A stretch of DNA of 64,000 nt, from NCBI GenBank assembly GCA_964016885.1, contig OZ024742.1, positions 3,038,001-3,102,000 of the forward strand, given 5' to 3'. Shown here one piece after another: positions 1 to 12,884 of the stretch. The notes under the pieces were generated by a model that was not told the origin of the DNA, ran no database searches, and saw only the letters and a program-made list of their open reading frames with translations. The first letter of the stretch is position 1; the number at the start of each line of letters is the position of its first letter. Made by a program: the position numbers and the translations under genes. The DNA comes from Eledone cirrhosa. Lineage: Eukaryota.

Positions 1-570
1 TTTTTAGAGTTGAGTTCAAATGTGATGTTAAAGCCCAGTTTATTAAATAATTTTCTAATCTTTTTACATAATCTTTCTAAGTTTTGATTATTTAGGTTTT
101 TAGCTAAAAGTAATGTATCGTCTCTATAAATTCCTCCTTGTAGGTTATCAAATTACTTATGTAAGATATGTGCTATATAAATTCCGACAATGTCCGTAAC
201 TTGGGCTGAATCATTTGATCCCATAATTATATCGAAGTTATTCTGTCTATTTTTTCGCTCCCAGTAACTATTTTCGAATTTAATGATTGTTCTTCTAGCC
301 GCTAGTATTATTTTAATTTCTTCTGGTGATAGGTCAGAGTTTTTTGTGCAAAGGATTGTGCCTTATTTAGGTTTACTGAGGAAATAGAAGAGTAGTAGTC
401 ATTAATGTCAAATTGTATGAAGTCGGAAGATTCTCTATTGTCTAATTTATTAAACTAATCTATTCCTTCAGTAGTGTTACCCCAGAGCTTGATTATTAGT
501 TTTTCTTTAATTTGTGGTATTATTCTATCTAGTATAAACTTGCAAATTCTGCCTATATCTGATTTTGATG
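1..570 (-). pseudogene. Penelope-like element (Naiad-like) reverse transcriptase fragment, disrupted; runs off window start
   Basis: Manual translation of the minus strand gives FIQFDINDYYSSI, FDIIMGSNDSAQVTDIVG and GGIYRDD (PLE RT motifs) with in-frame stops. Confidence 0.85.
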
Positions 571-571
571 G

Positions 572-755
572 AGAGAAAAAGAAAGAAAGAGAGATAGATA
601 AAGGAAAGAAAGATAGAAAAAGGAGAAAGAAAAGAAAAAGAAAAAGAAAAAGAAAAAGAAAAAGAAAAAGAAAAAGAAAAAGAAAAAGAAAAAGAAAAAG
701 GAGAAATGAAAACAGAGAAAGATATAGAGAGAAAAAAGATATAGAGAAAGGATAT
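572..755. repeat. Purine-rich (AAAAGA)n block, inverted copy of 2320-2527
   Basis: Flanks gaaagaaagagagatagata and gaaatgaaaacagagaaagatata occur reverse-complemented at 2320-2527. Confidence 0.8.
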
Positions 756-829
756 CTGAAGGATCATAAATATAGAGAAAGGATATCTGAAGGATCATAA
801 ATGTAACTTCGAAACTGACCCTACTATTA

Positions 830-1554
830 GATTAATATGTCCATCAAAACAAAATCTTTTATAGAAAAATTATCAAACTATCATACTCCACTGCCAACAA
901 CATAGAATCGCAGATACATAAAATTAACTATAAAAGAATTTATAATACAAGTAACCCGCAAATAAGTACCATAACACCAAATACAAATCATAAGCATATA
1001 ACATCATCACAACCAAACACACGTCAGAACACATCACCACAATACATCAACAAATCCAATTCACAGCCCGTACATAACAATTTACAAAACCATATAGAAG
1101 AACCGGCACATAGGAAGGCATCTAAATGTAACTGTCATCTACCTGACAAATGCCCATTACAAAATAGATGCCTATATTCAAATATAGTATACCTTTGTAC
1201 TATAAATTCAGGCAGCTTAACACATGGCACTACATAGGATCTACAGCTGGGGAGTTTAAGAAAAGGTGATATGTCCACAGAGACTCTAAGAATAACAGGA
1301 AGCTCATAAATACAACAACTCTCGCCAATAAAATCTGGCAACTCAGAGATGCAAACATGGAATATAAAATCAGCTGGACGAAGCTGTCAACAGCAACGGC
1401 CTATCGAATTGGCATGTTCCACTGTGGTCTTTGTAATATGGAACGTTTCTAAATATTAAATTACAACAAAATGCTACTTAACAGTCAAATTGAAAGAACT
1501 ATTTTCTGTAAGCATAAAACGGCGACCAAATTTGAGAACTTTAGACCAGCTTAA
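830..1554 (+). pseudogene. PLE (Naiad-like) linker + GIY-YIG endonuclease, frameshifted
   Basis: Translates to KLSYSTANN...KCNCHLPDKCPLQNRC..IVYLC..YIGST..FKKR..CGLCNME..LLN..FCKHK, ending TAA at 1554. Confidence 0.85.
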
Positions 1555-2169
1555 TTCATCTTATCTATTCCATAACCAAAATTGTACCACCTAGATCTAT
1601 TATAATATCACTTCATCATCATTATTGTTATAATTGTCATCATCTATCAATGAACCAACATCAAAACCTCTTATATCTACATTCATATTTTATGTATCTC
1701 TATCTTTCACTTTATATCTCTCTATTTCTCTCCTTAAATTTATTTCATCTCTGGGATTTTAATTTATCTTATCATATCATTTTCACTTCTAATACAACAT
1801 ACAACTAATTAATCATATGATTAATTAATTATATAATTAATTTATTAAAATAATCAATACACACATAAATATATTTAACATTATCATGTTTATACCTTCG
1901 TATCTCTCTATAACCACTTTCAATAATCTTAATATGTTTAAATTTCTTCGCACATTTTTACTTATTTATTTTCATATTTTCATATTTCATATTTTGTATC
2001 ATTTTGTATCAACCTCAATGTAATTTGTTTATTTATTTATTTATTTACATTTATTTATTTACATTTATTTATTTACATTTATTTATTTACATGTATTCAT
2101 TATTTGTTGATATCATTATTTTCTCTCTTTTTTCTTTTTCTCTTACGTTATTTCTCCTTTATTCTTTCT

Positions 2170-2290
2170 GTGTTCAAATCTTGCCGAGGTTAACTTTGCC
2201 TTTCATCCTTACCGGGTCGATAAAATAAAGTACCAGTAATGCACTGGGTAATTGCTGGCCTTGTGCCAAACGTAGAAACAGTTATTTCTC
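2170..2290 (+). mobile_element. tRNA-derived SINE fragment (octopod-type)
   Basis: B-box gttcaaatc followed by ccgaggttaactttgcctttcatcc...gtcgataaaataaagtaccagt; homologous to 12885-13110, 13140-13300 and 19062-19240. Confidence 0.75.
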
Positions 2291-2918
2291 CTTTATCCTT
2301 TTCTCTCCTCTTTCTATCTCCTTTGTCTATATCTTCTTCTCTCTATATATCTTTCTCTGTTTTCATTTCTTTTTTTTCTTTTTCTTTTTCTTTTTCTTTT
2401 TCTTTTTCTTTTTCTTTTTCTTCTTTTTCTTTTTCTTTTTCTCTTTCTCTTTCTTTTTCTGTTTCCTTTTCCTTTTTCTTTCTTTCTTTCTTTCCTCTAT
2501 CTATCTCTCTTTCTTTCTTTTTGTCTCTATCTTTATTATTAATATTATTATTGATGCTGTAATTTGAATTTGTAGATTTTCCGGTTACACATGTCTCTGA
2601 TGTTCTGATTGAGCTAACATCGTATTTAAAATTGAGTGGCACTGCTTCTAGAGTTCAGCAACTTTTATACAACGTAATCAGAGAAGCTATTGTTAGACTG
2701 TAAATAAATTACCCTTTTTTGTACTGTTGGTCATGTTATTCTTCACTTTTTCAATTTTATTACTCCAAAATAAACTTACGTAGGAATACAAGTGAAATCG
2801 TAAACTCGTCATCTACGTAAACCTCTTGTTGAGTCAAGCAACGCTGTACGCTAAAACTATCCATAATAATAAGTATTCACAATCTCTAACTGGATTACCT
2901 ATAACGATATTTTGCCAT

Positions 2919-2982
<64 letters not shown>

Positions 2983-3010
2983 TTAAGCACACACCCTCGG
3001 TTTTGACCAC

Positions 3011-3193
3011 GCAATATATTGCTATATACAATATATTGTATATAGCAATATATTGCTATATACGATATATTGTATATAGCAATAATGGCAATAATGCAGA
3101 TGACATATTGGAAGGGATAAAATGTTTCATTGAAGAAATAGATTTACTACATTTATATATGATATAGAAACAGAATATTGGATATGCAATATA

Positions 3194-3205
<12 letters not shown>
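3011..3205. repeat. Left arm of an outer inverted repeat (partner 7048-7251), starting with a palindromic minisatellite
   Basis: The segment gcaataatggcaataatgcagatgacatattggaaggg...cagaatattggatatg is reverse-complemented at 7048-7251. Confidence 0.85.
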
Positions 3206-3288
<83 letters not shown>

Positions 3289-3299
3289 TTATATTTATG

Positions 3300-3383
<84 letters not shown>

Positions 3384-3393
3384 AACCAGTAAG

Positions 3394-3490
3394 ACCCCGA
3401 CAGCTGAGCTCAAGCCGTTTCGACGGCTAATTCTGGACTAAATGAAGAAAATTTATCCTGGTATTTAAATAGCCGATCTTCTCAGGGGGT
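3394..3490 (-). ncRNA. Type I hammerhead-like motif (family A), inverted arm copy
   Basis: acccc-CTGAGAA-ga(t)cggcta..long loop..tagccgtc-GAAA-cggct(tgagctc)agctg-TC-ggggt. Confidence 0.65.
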
Positions 3491-3975
3491 AATTCCATAT
3501 ATGGTCAAAGTGATTGTCAAAAATCAGTAGTAATTCTGTGGTTGCAAATTAGTAGGGGAGAAGGTGGCTAAACCTGCCAGTAGGAGAAAGAGGGGAGGAG
3601 GTGGAGTAGACCCAATCAAGCGTTGGTAGTGCCAGCTACAGCTGGGCATGAGGTCAAAGAAGATACAGGGGAGGGGGAGGGGGAGGAAGTCGGAACGTTA
3701 GGTAGAACAATGGGGGGTAGAAATATATAGGAAGAAAAAAATACTGAGAGTGAAGAAAAGCAAATAAGTGTAAAGAAAAAAGTAAAGTAAATTAAATTCT
3801 ACGACCTAGGTCTCAGGCTATTGTTAGGCTAGAATAAAATAAAGAAAGAAAGAAAGAAGTAAAGAAAGAAATAAAAAAAGAAATAACGAAATAAGTAAAA
3901 GAACTAGGTGGGACGGATAGGCAAGGACCCTTTTAAGAGGTATAAGTACGTAAATGATACGGTGACGGGTCAACA

Positions 3976-4356
3976 TACCAGTGCAACGTGAGGACGGATA
4001 CCTCCAACAAAGCCTATATAGGACTTACCGCATGTGACTTCAAGACCCGGCTATACCAACATAGACATACCTTCCGAAACCCGGCCCGGCGTCACGCAAC
4101 TACACTTTCGGCCCACATATGGGACCTCAAGGACAACAACATCACCTATGATCTCACTTGGAGATTACTGTCCAGAGCCAATTCTTACACGGGAGGACGC
4201 CGTCCGTGCAATTTATGCTCGGAGGAAACTTTACAAATGCTGTTTTCGACGGACCAACTCCTAAACAAGAAAGATGAACTGGTTACTGCATGTAAACATA
4301 GATTGCGTAGGACTTACCTCGCCCTCAAACCCCATAATGACCCGGGGGGAGGGTAG
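3976..4356 (+). pseudogene. GIY-YIG endonuclease C-terminal part of the PLE ORF
   Basis: YQCNV..AYIGLT..FKTRLYQH..TTLSAHIW..CNLCSEE..LLNKKDELVTACKH. Confidence 0.9.
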
Positions 4357-5467
4357 ACTAGGGCTATAACACCCCACTTGCCGATTTTGCAATGGGTAAC
4401 CCCTGCTTGCCAAGCAAGACGTAAGATCTTCTTTGTATTCTTTTATCGCTTCCTTTATTTCCTTCCCCCCTCTCTCCTTAGTCCTTCTACCCCAGCTCTT
4501 CTCCTTTGTCGGCGGCTTTTCTCGCCCACCCGAGGCTGCCCTTTGGCCCCGTGTAGCCTTAGTACCCCCACCACCCCTCCCCTAGTCTATGATAGATTTG
4601 GCGGACTCCGCCCTTTATAGCAGTTGGCTTAGACCCCGGATACTTGCTCCCTTTTCCCGACCGCTCCCACTATTCTCTGTGCCCTCTATATTTCTTAGTG
4701 GCACTTATGCCTTATTTTTTCGTTTCAGTATTTCTTGCTTCGCCTTTCTTCTGGGCGGGGTGGATTCTGAATTTATTTCTCCGTATTCTACCTTTATTTC
4801 GTACGAACTTTCATGTAGCTCGTTTTAGATCTTTTAGAGTTAGCATTAGTATATATTTTTCTCGGGACTCAGAATTATTATCTCGTACAAGTTCACTTTG
4901 CTGCACTGGGTCGTTGCCGGCCCGGGATGGAGACCTTTATTGTTTATTTCGTGGTAGTCTCTTTAGTATTTTGGCCCCTTTTGTTGACCCGTCACCGTAT
5001 GATTTACGTACTTATACCTCTTAAAAGGGTCCTTGCCTATTCCGTCCCACCTAGTTCTTTTACTTATTTCGTTATTTCTTTTTTTATTTCTTTCTTTACT
5101 TCTTTCTTTCTTTCTTTATTTTATTCTAGCCTAACAATAGCCTGAGACCTAGGTCGTAGAATTTAATTTACTTTACTTTTTTCTTTACACTTATTTGCTT
5201 TTCTTCACTCTCAGTATTTTTTCCTTCCTATATATTTCTACCCCCCATTGTTCTACCTACCGTTCCGACTTCCTCCCCCTCCCCCTCCCCTGTATCTTCT
5301 TTGACCTCATGCCCAGCTGTAGCTGGCACTACCAACGCTTGATTGGGTCTACTCCACCCCCTCCCCTCTTTCTCCTACTGGCAGGTTTAGCCACCTTCTC
5401 CCCTACTAATTTGCAACCACAGAATTACTACTGATTTTTGACAATCACTTTGACCATATATGGAATT

Positions 5468-5561
5468 ACCCCTCGAGAAGATCGGCTATTTAAATACCAG
5501 GATAAATTTTCATTTAGTCCAGAATTAGCCGTCGAAACGGCTTGAGCTCAGCTGTCGGGGT
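5468..5561 (+). ncRNA. Type I hammerhead-like motif (family A), sense pLTR copy
   Basis: Same fold as 3394-3490, but the core reads TCGAGAA; GUC cleavage triplet at 5554-5556. Confidence 0.6.
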
Positions 5562-5652
5562 CTTACTGGTTCTTATTACCCACTCTACTACCTCAATTAT
5601 TGAGTACTTTGGTGCGTTATGGTCCACCTGGTTCCTTACCACATTTCCTTCG

Positions 5653-5692
<40 letters not shown>

Positions 5693-6089
5693 GAAAGGTA
5701 TAGAAAATATTGTAGCAAAAAGCCAATATATGTGGTAAGGAACCAGGTGGACCAGGTGGTGGTGGTGGTGGTGGTGGTGGTGGTGGTGGTGGTGGTGATG
5801 AGGGGGGGGGGGGGGGTGCTCTGCCATGTATATGAAGAAAGAGAAGGCAATAAAATGAAGAAAACATAAAAAAAATAATAAATTCATTTTTCATTACTTT
5901 TTCATTACCTTTTCATTAATTTTTTATTTATTCTCTATTTATTATTTTTTTTTCTGTTTTCTTCATTTTATTGCCTTCATCTTATTGCCACCACCACCAC
6001 CACCACCACCACCACGACAGGAGATGGTGGCAGGAGGGATGAAGAAACACACACACAGATACTTCTAAATTGTCAACAGCAGCAAGACA

Positions 6090-6520
6090 TAAGATGACCA
6101 CAACACCAACAACACTACCAAAATAAGGATAGAGGTCGGATGTACTTAACAATAGCAAACACAAACACTACAGGGAGCCTCAACCCCGTAAGAATTTCTA
6201 TAGACTTTGGACTGAGGAATGCTCTCAAAACTGACCAATGGGAAGTTTGACCTTACAAATCTTTATAACATTGAGATGGGTATAACACACACACACATTT
6301 TATTCGATTATTTTATTTTATTTTGTTCCTTTACCATCTTATTCCTTCTACCACTTTATCATTTGTTTTTAGCTGACTCCAACAACAATACCACTACCAA
6401 CATAAGAATAGAGGTCAGATGCACCTAACAATAACAAGAACAACAACTACAGATTGGCTTGCCTCAGAACGAATTTCTATAGACTTTTGACTGAGGAATG
6501 TTCTAACAACTGATCAATGA
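6090..6520 (+). repeat. Diverged direct duplication (~150-bp unit, ~280-bp period) in a probable PLE 3' UTR
   Basis: atagaggtc(g/a)gatg...gaatttctatagacttt(g/t)gactgaggaatg occurs twice. Confidence 0.75.
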
Positions 6521-6682
6521 GAGGAGAACTGGCCCTTTGACACTGAAATTCGTTTGTTTAAATTCATATGATTCCAGTTCCTCAGTGAAATTACAACCAA
6601 ACCAAGAACTCGGCATATCAGAGTATTGACAAAGTTATACACCTCAACAACATGTGTAATCGTCTCTACCACACTAATTCGG

Positions 6683-6737
6683 ACTGCCCGAAGAGGTCAC
6701 GGCCAAAGATGGCTGTGACCGAAATATATATAGCAGT
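6683..6737 (+). ncRNA. Minimal type I hammerhead ribozyme (family B)
   Basis: actgc-CCGAAGA-ggtcacggcca(aaga)tggctgtgacc-GAAA-tatata-TA-gcagt; palindromic stem III; AATAAA immediately downstream. Confidence 0.85.
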
Positions 6738-6831
6738 AATAAACGAAGCCAAATTTTAAACATTTGAATTATTTATTTTATTTTATCTTATATATATATA
6801 TATGTATGTATATATATATATATTAATATAG

Positions 6832-6956
<125 letters not shown>

Positions 6957-6979
6957 GTAATAATAATAAATTTATTTTA

Positions 6980-7047
<68 letters not shown>

Positions 7048-7060
<13 letters not shown>

Positions 7061-7251
7061 TATTACATATCCAATATTCTGTTTCTATATCATATAAATA
7101 TAGTAAATCTATTTCTTCAATGAAACATTTTATCCCTTCCAATATGTCATCTGCATTATTGCCATTATTGCTATATAGAATATATTGTATATACCAATAT
7201 ATTGCTATATACAATATATCGTATATAGCAATATATTGCTATATACAATAT
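7048..7251. repeat. Right arm of the outer inverted repeat (partner 3011-3205)
   Basis: Reverse complement of 3011-3205 with a few substitutions. Confidence 0.85.
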
Positions 7252-7997
7252 GTTCTTTTCATCTCAGTACATACTACATGTAATATACTTTTAACATAAA
7301 AAAACTATATATTGTTTAATATTATATAGTATATAGTATATAATATTATATACTAATAATATTATGTAGTGTATATATAGTATATAGAGTAGAGAGTATA
7401 TATATAGTATATAGAGTAGAGGTATGATAGAGCGAAATATGATTGGAAATAATTTGAACTCCCATTTATTGAGTGGATTTCAATGGATATTGAAATGTTG
7501 TTGTTGTTGTTGGAGAAATGTTAAACAAAAAACAAGAAAAGAGAAACTAATAAGAATCACATAATTGATTAGTGTGCGAAAACTGTTCTGCAATTCAATT
7601 AGCAGCTTACTGAAGCCAATATATAAATCTGCCTGGAAGATATAATCCACACGCACATGTAAACACACACATACATATACACATACGCATAAACATACAC
7701 ATACACACACGGGGGTCCTCATTTCTTGTAGAAATACATCATTGTGTGAACAGCCTTATCTATCTATCTGCTCAACCATTGAGTAAATAACACGAGACGA
7801 ATGTGCCATGAGAAATAAATCGATATTGAAACTAATGTTTATCGAGTTTCATAGACGTTGGATTTGGTGGCAAAACCTAGAACAAGAAATAAAATAAACA
7901 AAAAGCCCAGAAAAAAAAATTTGACACGTGATATGTTTGAAATATTGTTTTTTTCCTCAAGGCTGCCGAAAATCTGACTTGATACTTGCAGGTTATT

Positions 7998-8033
<36 letters not shown>

Positions 8034-8931
8034 TACATAGATATATGCGTGTGATGTGTGTATGTGACGTTCTATTTCCTTTATCCAATCTTCGTTGTGT
8101 TTTTTCTATAAATCCCTTTTTTCAAATATTTCATCTAAGAAAGCATCCAAACGCAACATAATTCTCTATTAAAATATAGATAAACATTATTTATCTGCAA
8201 GTAATTGCTGTTTGCATTATCCAATTCAAGGTAAATTTTGATATTTACAAATATGGTGCTAGAAATGTAAATAAAGGCATTTGCAGAAAATAAATTGAAG
8301 AAACTAAGATATATAAAAAATGTGTTTATTGAGAAGCTTTTTCTTATTCGGACAATAACATAGCAAAGATAATTTCTATTCAATATTCTCGGGTGGTTTT
8401 TCTCTCCATGAATAGAATACTTCGGCATAACATAAACCCTCCATAAATAAACAAAAATACAAACAATAAAACAATTTGATGACGATCTTATGAAATGGAT
8501 CGAATTTGATCCTACATAAATTATATATATTCTATATCCTTGAACGTAGTCGCATTATCTTTGATATATATTATGCGACTGTGAAACACAAATATATGTC
8601 CTTCTCCACAAAGTATTATCATTTTTTTTTTTATAAAGAAAGACATTTGCCAATATTTTACTTATTAATGCAACTGCCAAAAAAATATATATATACATTT
8701 TCAGATCAAATTATGAGCAAAATGATAAAGTAATGCATTCGTTGGAACCAAGAGAATTTATAAACATCCCAGCTTAAAACACAGAAGATAAATTGTAATC
8801 CAAATTTTGTTGGATGAAAAAGAAATTCGTTTGTAAATTGATTTTCAACTGAAGCGATATTATGTAGAAAGAGGAAACATGTTTTTAAATATAAAAGAAA
8901 TGGTAGCATTAAGGATTTTTTGTAGACGTTC

Positions 8932-8994
8932 TGTGTCTTAAAAGTCTAAATATGTGTCTTAAAAGTCTAAAGATGCGTCTTAAAAGTCTAAAGA
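8932..8994 (+). repeat. 3 x 21-bp tandem repeat
   Basis: tg(t/c)gtcttaaaagtctaaa(t/g)a repeated three times. Confidence 0.9.
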
Positions 8995-8999
8995 TCCTG

Positions 9000-9255
9000 G
9001 GGGCTCACGAGACCGGTATTTATTCCTGTTTTCGTGGCGTTAAGCGAATGAGATTACATGACTTCCCCCCTGGAAACGACGCCAGTTTTAAACAACCACC
9101 CCCAGCTATTGCTGGTACTCATTTTCAGCTGAGTATACTGGAACAACATGAAATGAAGTGCTTTGTCAAGAACACAACACAAAACGCAGCCCAGGAATCG
9201 AACCCATGATATATGATAGTAAGTTTAACACCCTTACAACTAGGTCGAGTGCCTG
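9000..9255 (-). mobile_element. SINE (second family)
   Basis: Reverse-strand B-box gggttcgattcc; body ggtactcattttcagctgagt..ctgg..caac..tgaaatgaagtg; a related fragment lies at ~32855-32915. Confidence 0.6.
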
Positions 9256-9652
9256 TGTCTGATGGAAGAAAAACAGGCAAAAAGAAGTTCATAAGCTGAC
9301 CAAAATACTCTCATGGAATGTCGAAATAAGAGACAAAGAGAAACAATGCAGTTATTAAGAGTTGAAATTAAAGCATGCAAGATTTCACACTCTTTCATAG
9401 TCAGCCCACCCTTGTAATATAAATCAAATCAAAGGGAAGGCAACTGAGAAAATTTAAACAGTACTATGTTAATCGATATATATACTCCTCGGTATATATA
9501 CTATTACTATTTAATTGATTATAATCATTTGACTGTAGTTATGATGGGACATTAGCTTCACCAATTGCCCTTACACATCTTTAATCGATCTATATTAAGT
9601 TTACAGCTTTAACATAAAGGGACACAAGACCGATAAACATTCACACAGACAC

Positions 9653-9699
<47 letters not shown>

Positions 9700-10079
9700 A
9701 AATTAAATTAAGGGCGTCATGTCCAAGACATGCGCCGTACGATGTGTGTATTTTAAAAAAATGCAACACGGGCGACGGGTCATTCGCAGATTTGCATTTG
9801 CTGTGTAAACACAGATAATTAAATCTTCTCCATTGTTGAAAACTCGGGATTTGACTACTGTGATTTACGGATTAATGGTGAAATATATACAAGGAAGATT
9901 AATCATTTTAAAAGGTATCTATATTTGAAGTTGTAGTTAAACTTTAATTAGTTACCTACCCATCTGTGTGTGCTTACACACTTTACAAATTATCCCCTGT
10001 GATTGTTTCATGTGTTTATTTTAGATATATATATATGTCAATCAATTTCTAGTTGATATATATATATATATATATATAC

Positions 10080-10133
<54 letters not shown>

Positions 10134-10136
<3 letters not shown>

Positions 10137-10298
10137 ATGTATAAAAAACAATACAATATAATTACCTCATTACCAGAGGTTTCCCGAATAAGGCGAATAC
10201 GAAAGAAACGTCTTCATTCGTTCGTCGGACGAGGCAATATCAAACATAGCTAAATATTTGGAAAGTCTCCTCAAGAAATGCAAAAAAAATTATATAAA

Positions 10299-10337
<39 letters not shown>

Positions 10338-10555
10338 TGCATTTCTTGAGGAGACTTTCCAAATATTTAGCTGTTTTATATTGCCTCGTCCGACGAACGA
10401 ATGAAGACGTTTCTTTCGTATTCGCCTTATTCGGGAAACATCTGGTAATGAGGTAATTATATTGTATTGTTTTTTATACATTAAATTTTGCTCTGGTACT
10501 TACATAGAGCACTCTTCACTCCTATGACTTTTTTCTGTTTTCAACGGAAACTTCA

Positions 10556-10560
<5 letters not shown>
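10134..10560 (+). mobile_element. Solo palindromic PLE pLTR (arms 10134-10290 / 10329-10486 plus tail), no coding sequence
   Basis: ~155-bp inverted arms around an A/(TA)n/T centre; each arm holds a hammerhead motif. Confidence 0.8.
10381..10456 (+). ncRNA. Type I hammerhead ribozyme (family C); mirror copy at 10162-10237 (-)
   Basis: ttgcctcgt-CCGACGA-acgaatga...ttattcgg-GAAA-c(a/c)tctgg-TA-atgaggtaa; 9-bp stem I. Confidence 0.8.
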
Positions 10561-10652
<92 letters not shown>

Positions 10653-10654
10653 AC

Positions 10655-11320
10655 GACGATGAATTAGTTTTGCGAGGTTTTTGATATGAAATCGTGTGTC
10701 GAAACAAATATTGTTATACTTGGGGAGGGTCATATTTGTGTAATAATATTGCTAGAATTAATAACAGAACACACTCACTGTTTGGTTGGTTTTCGCTTCT
10801 GTGTCTTTTAGATGGGTTAATTTAATTTATTCGGTCCTCAATGTTACCATTGACTAACCAACAATACAGATACAAACACATATATATATAGTCTAAAAAA
10901 ATTATTTCGTTGCACATCTGCAACATCGTCAGTGGTGCTATTATGTTTCCTCCCGTTGTAGTGTATGCCTACGCCACCTTTATTTAGTCTGCTTATTTAT
11001 TATTTAGTCTATTTATGAAAAACAGACTAAATAAAGATGGCGTAGACATACAATACAACGGGAAGAAACATAATAGCACCACTGACGATGTTGCAAATGT
11101 GCAACGAAAGAACTTTGTTAGACTATATATATGTGTTTGTGTCTATATATTGTATCTGTATTTTTTACCGTTGGTCAGTCAATGGTAACATTGAGGACCG
11201 AATGAATTAAATTAACCGATATAAAAGACACAGAAGCGAAAACCAACCAAACAGTGAGTGTGTTCTGTTATTAATTCTGGCAATATTATTACACAAATAT
11301 GACCCTCCCCAAGTATAGCA

Positions 11321-11325
<5 letters not shown>
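10655..11325 (-). mobile_element. Solo palindromic pLTR of the Neptune-like family at 42219-45121 (arms ~10709-10990 / 11023-11325)
   Basis: Both arms match 44775-45121; only the minus arm carries the tail. Confidence 0.85.
11078..11119 (+). ncRNA. Minimal hammerhead motif (family D); other copies at ~10895-10936 (-), 42419-42460 (-), 44829-44870 (+)
   Basis: acca-CTGACGA-t-gttgca(aatg)tgcaac-GAAA-gaac-TT-tgtt; stem I imperfect. Confidence 0.7.
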
Positions 11326-11379
<54 letters not shown>

Positions 11380-11464
11380 TATTATATATATATATATATG
11401 TTTATTATATATATATATACGTTTATTATATATATATATATACGTTCATTATATATATATACGT

Positions 11465-11499
<35 letters not shown>

Positions 11500-11511
11500 T
11501 ATAAATAAATT

Positions 11512-11565
11512 TAGTCCTTCATCAGTGATCTTCCAACCTTCTGGAAGATCACTGATGAAGGACTA
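11512..11565. repeat. Perfect 24-bp inverted repeat containing CTGATGA
   Basis: tagtccttcatcagtgatcttcca-accttc-tggaagatcactgatgaaggacta. Confidence 0.9.
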
Positions 11566-11664
11566 CATTTATTCATATGTAACCCATTTGCAACCACGCA
11601 ACACGTCTTGTTTTCATATTCATATATATATATATATATTTATATAGATATATATATATATATA

Positions 11665-11857
11665 TAGGAACAAGTATGACCCTGACGGTGGAGCTCAAGC
11701 CGTTTCGACGGCTAATTCTGGACTCCAGAATTAGCCGTCGAAACGGCTTGAGCTCTGCCGTCGGGGTCATACTTGTTCCTATTACCCAATCTAGTACCCT
11801 AAGTATTGAGTACTTTGCTGCGTTATGGTCCATCTGGTTACTTACCACATTTCCTTC

Positions 11858-11861
<4 letters not shown>
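11665..11861 (+). mobile_element. Mini fold-back PLE end (family A): ~58-bp palindrome centred at 11723 plus tail
   Basis: ...gctaattctgga-c-tccagaattagc...; the sense arm matches 5518-5654. Confidence 0.85.
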
Positions 11862-11902
<41 letters not shown>

Positions 11903-11974
11903 GTACATATATCTAAAAATGTGTGTATATACTTATATCAAAACAGAATCAGTTTAAAACTAGTTAGATCATTA

Positions 11975-12135
11975 CTCAAAAGAATGCTCGGAACAGGGGA
12001 TAGTAGAGTATGGCTGTATTATAAAGAGTCAGGGCCCGACGGCTGAGCTCTTGCCGTCTCAACTGCTAGTTCCAGACAGTTAACCACGAGGGCCCACGGC
12101 TGACTGGCCATATCATTAAGGCGTGGTATGCCCAT
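11975..12135 (-). mobile_element. Diverged family-A-like pLTR with decayed hammerhead
   Basis: Minus strand: gcctTAATGA...ctagcagttGAGAcggcaagagctcagccgTCgggc. Confidence 0.5.
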
Positions 12136-12560
12136 ATAAGTGTATAAACTGACCATCCTATTGTAAAATTGTAAATTCTCTTTATAGGATGTTGCAAAAA
12201 AATGTTGTGTTAGCAGATTCTGAAATCTTCTATGCCGAATATAGTTCATATGTCTGAAATAATTTCATTAGATATAAACCACTCAGATGCCTGGAAATTA
12301 GAAAGTGAAGGATAAAGTTTGGGGGCATATAGTGAAGGACCTCGATTAAGACTACCTGGTGATGATGGTGAAATGTTGACACCACGTCAATATGGCGGGA
12401 ATTACTTCCCCTGAATGACTCCGTTTCGTCTGACAGGTCTTCCACAACCTAAAGCAGTAGTCTGTGAATGTGATGACACCGAGGACCTTCATCTGATGTA
12501 TGTGATGTTGGTGTCGGTGTTATTTTGATTGGTCTGAAGTTCATGTCTTAATACACAAAC

Positions 12561-12701
<141 letters not shown>

Positions 12702-12746
12702 CAGATAAATATATATCACACGCACACAAATATATGGATATAAATA

Positions 12747-12823
<77 letters not shown>

Positions 12824-12884
12824 TATATATATGTATATGATATATATAACATATATATATATTATATATATTTACAAGTTCGGA

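Larger units (their letters stand above)
3379..5654 (+). mobile_element. 5'-truncated Naiad-like PLE with ~595-bp inverted pLTR (arms 3379-3975 / 4982-5576) and ~80-bp 3' tail
   Basis: Near-identical inverted arms flank a GIY-YIG remnant and its 3' UTR; (TA)n lies on both sides. Confidence 0.9.

Noticed and set aside
2776-2820. ttacgtag/ctacgtaa stem enclosing ATGACGA on the minus strand
   Set aside because: GAAA lies on the opposite strand; too scrambled to call a hammerhead.
12356-12448. Possible 93-bp minus-strand exon (VVEDLSDE...HHHHQ)
   Set aside because: Splice signals are mediocre and there is no recognisable homology.
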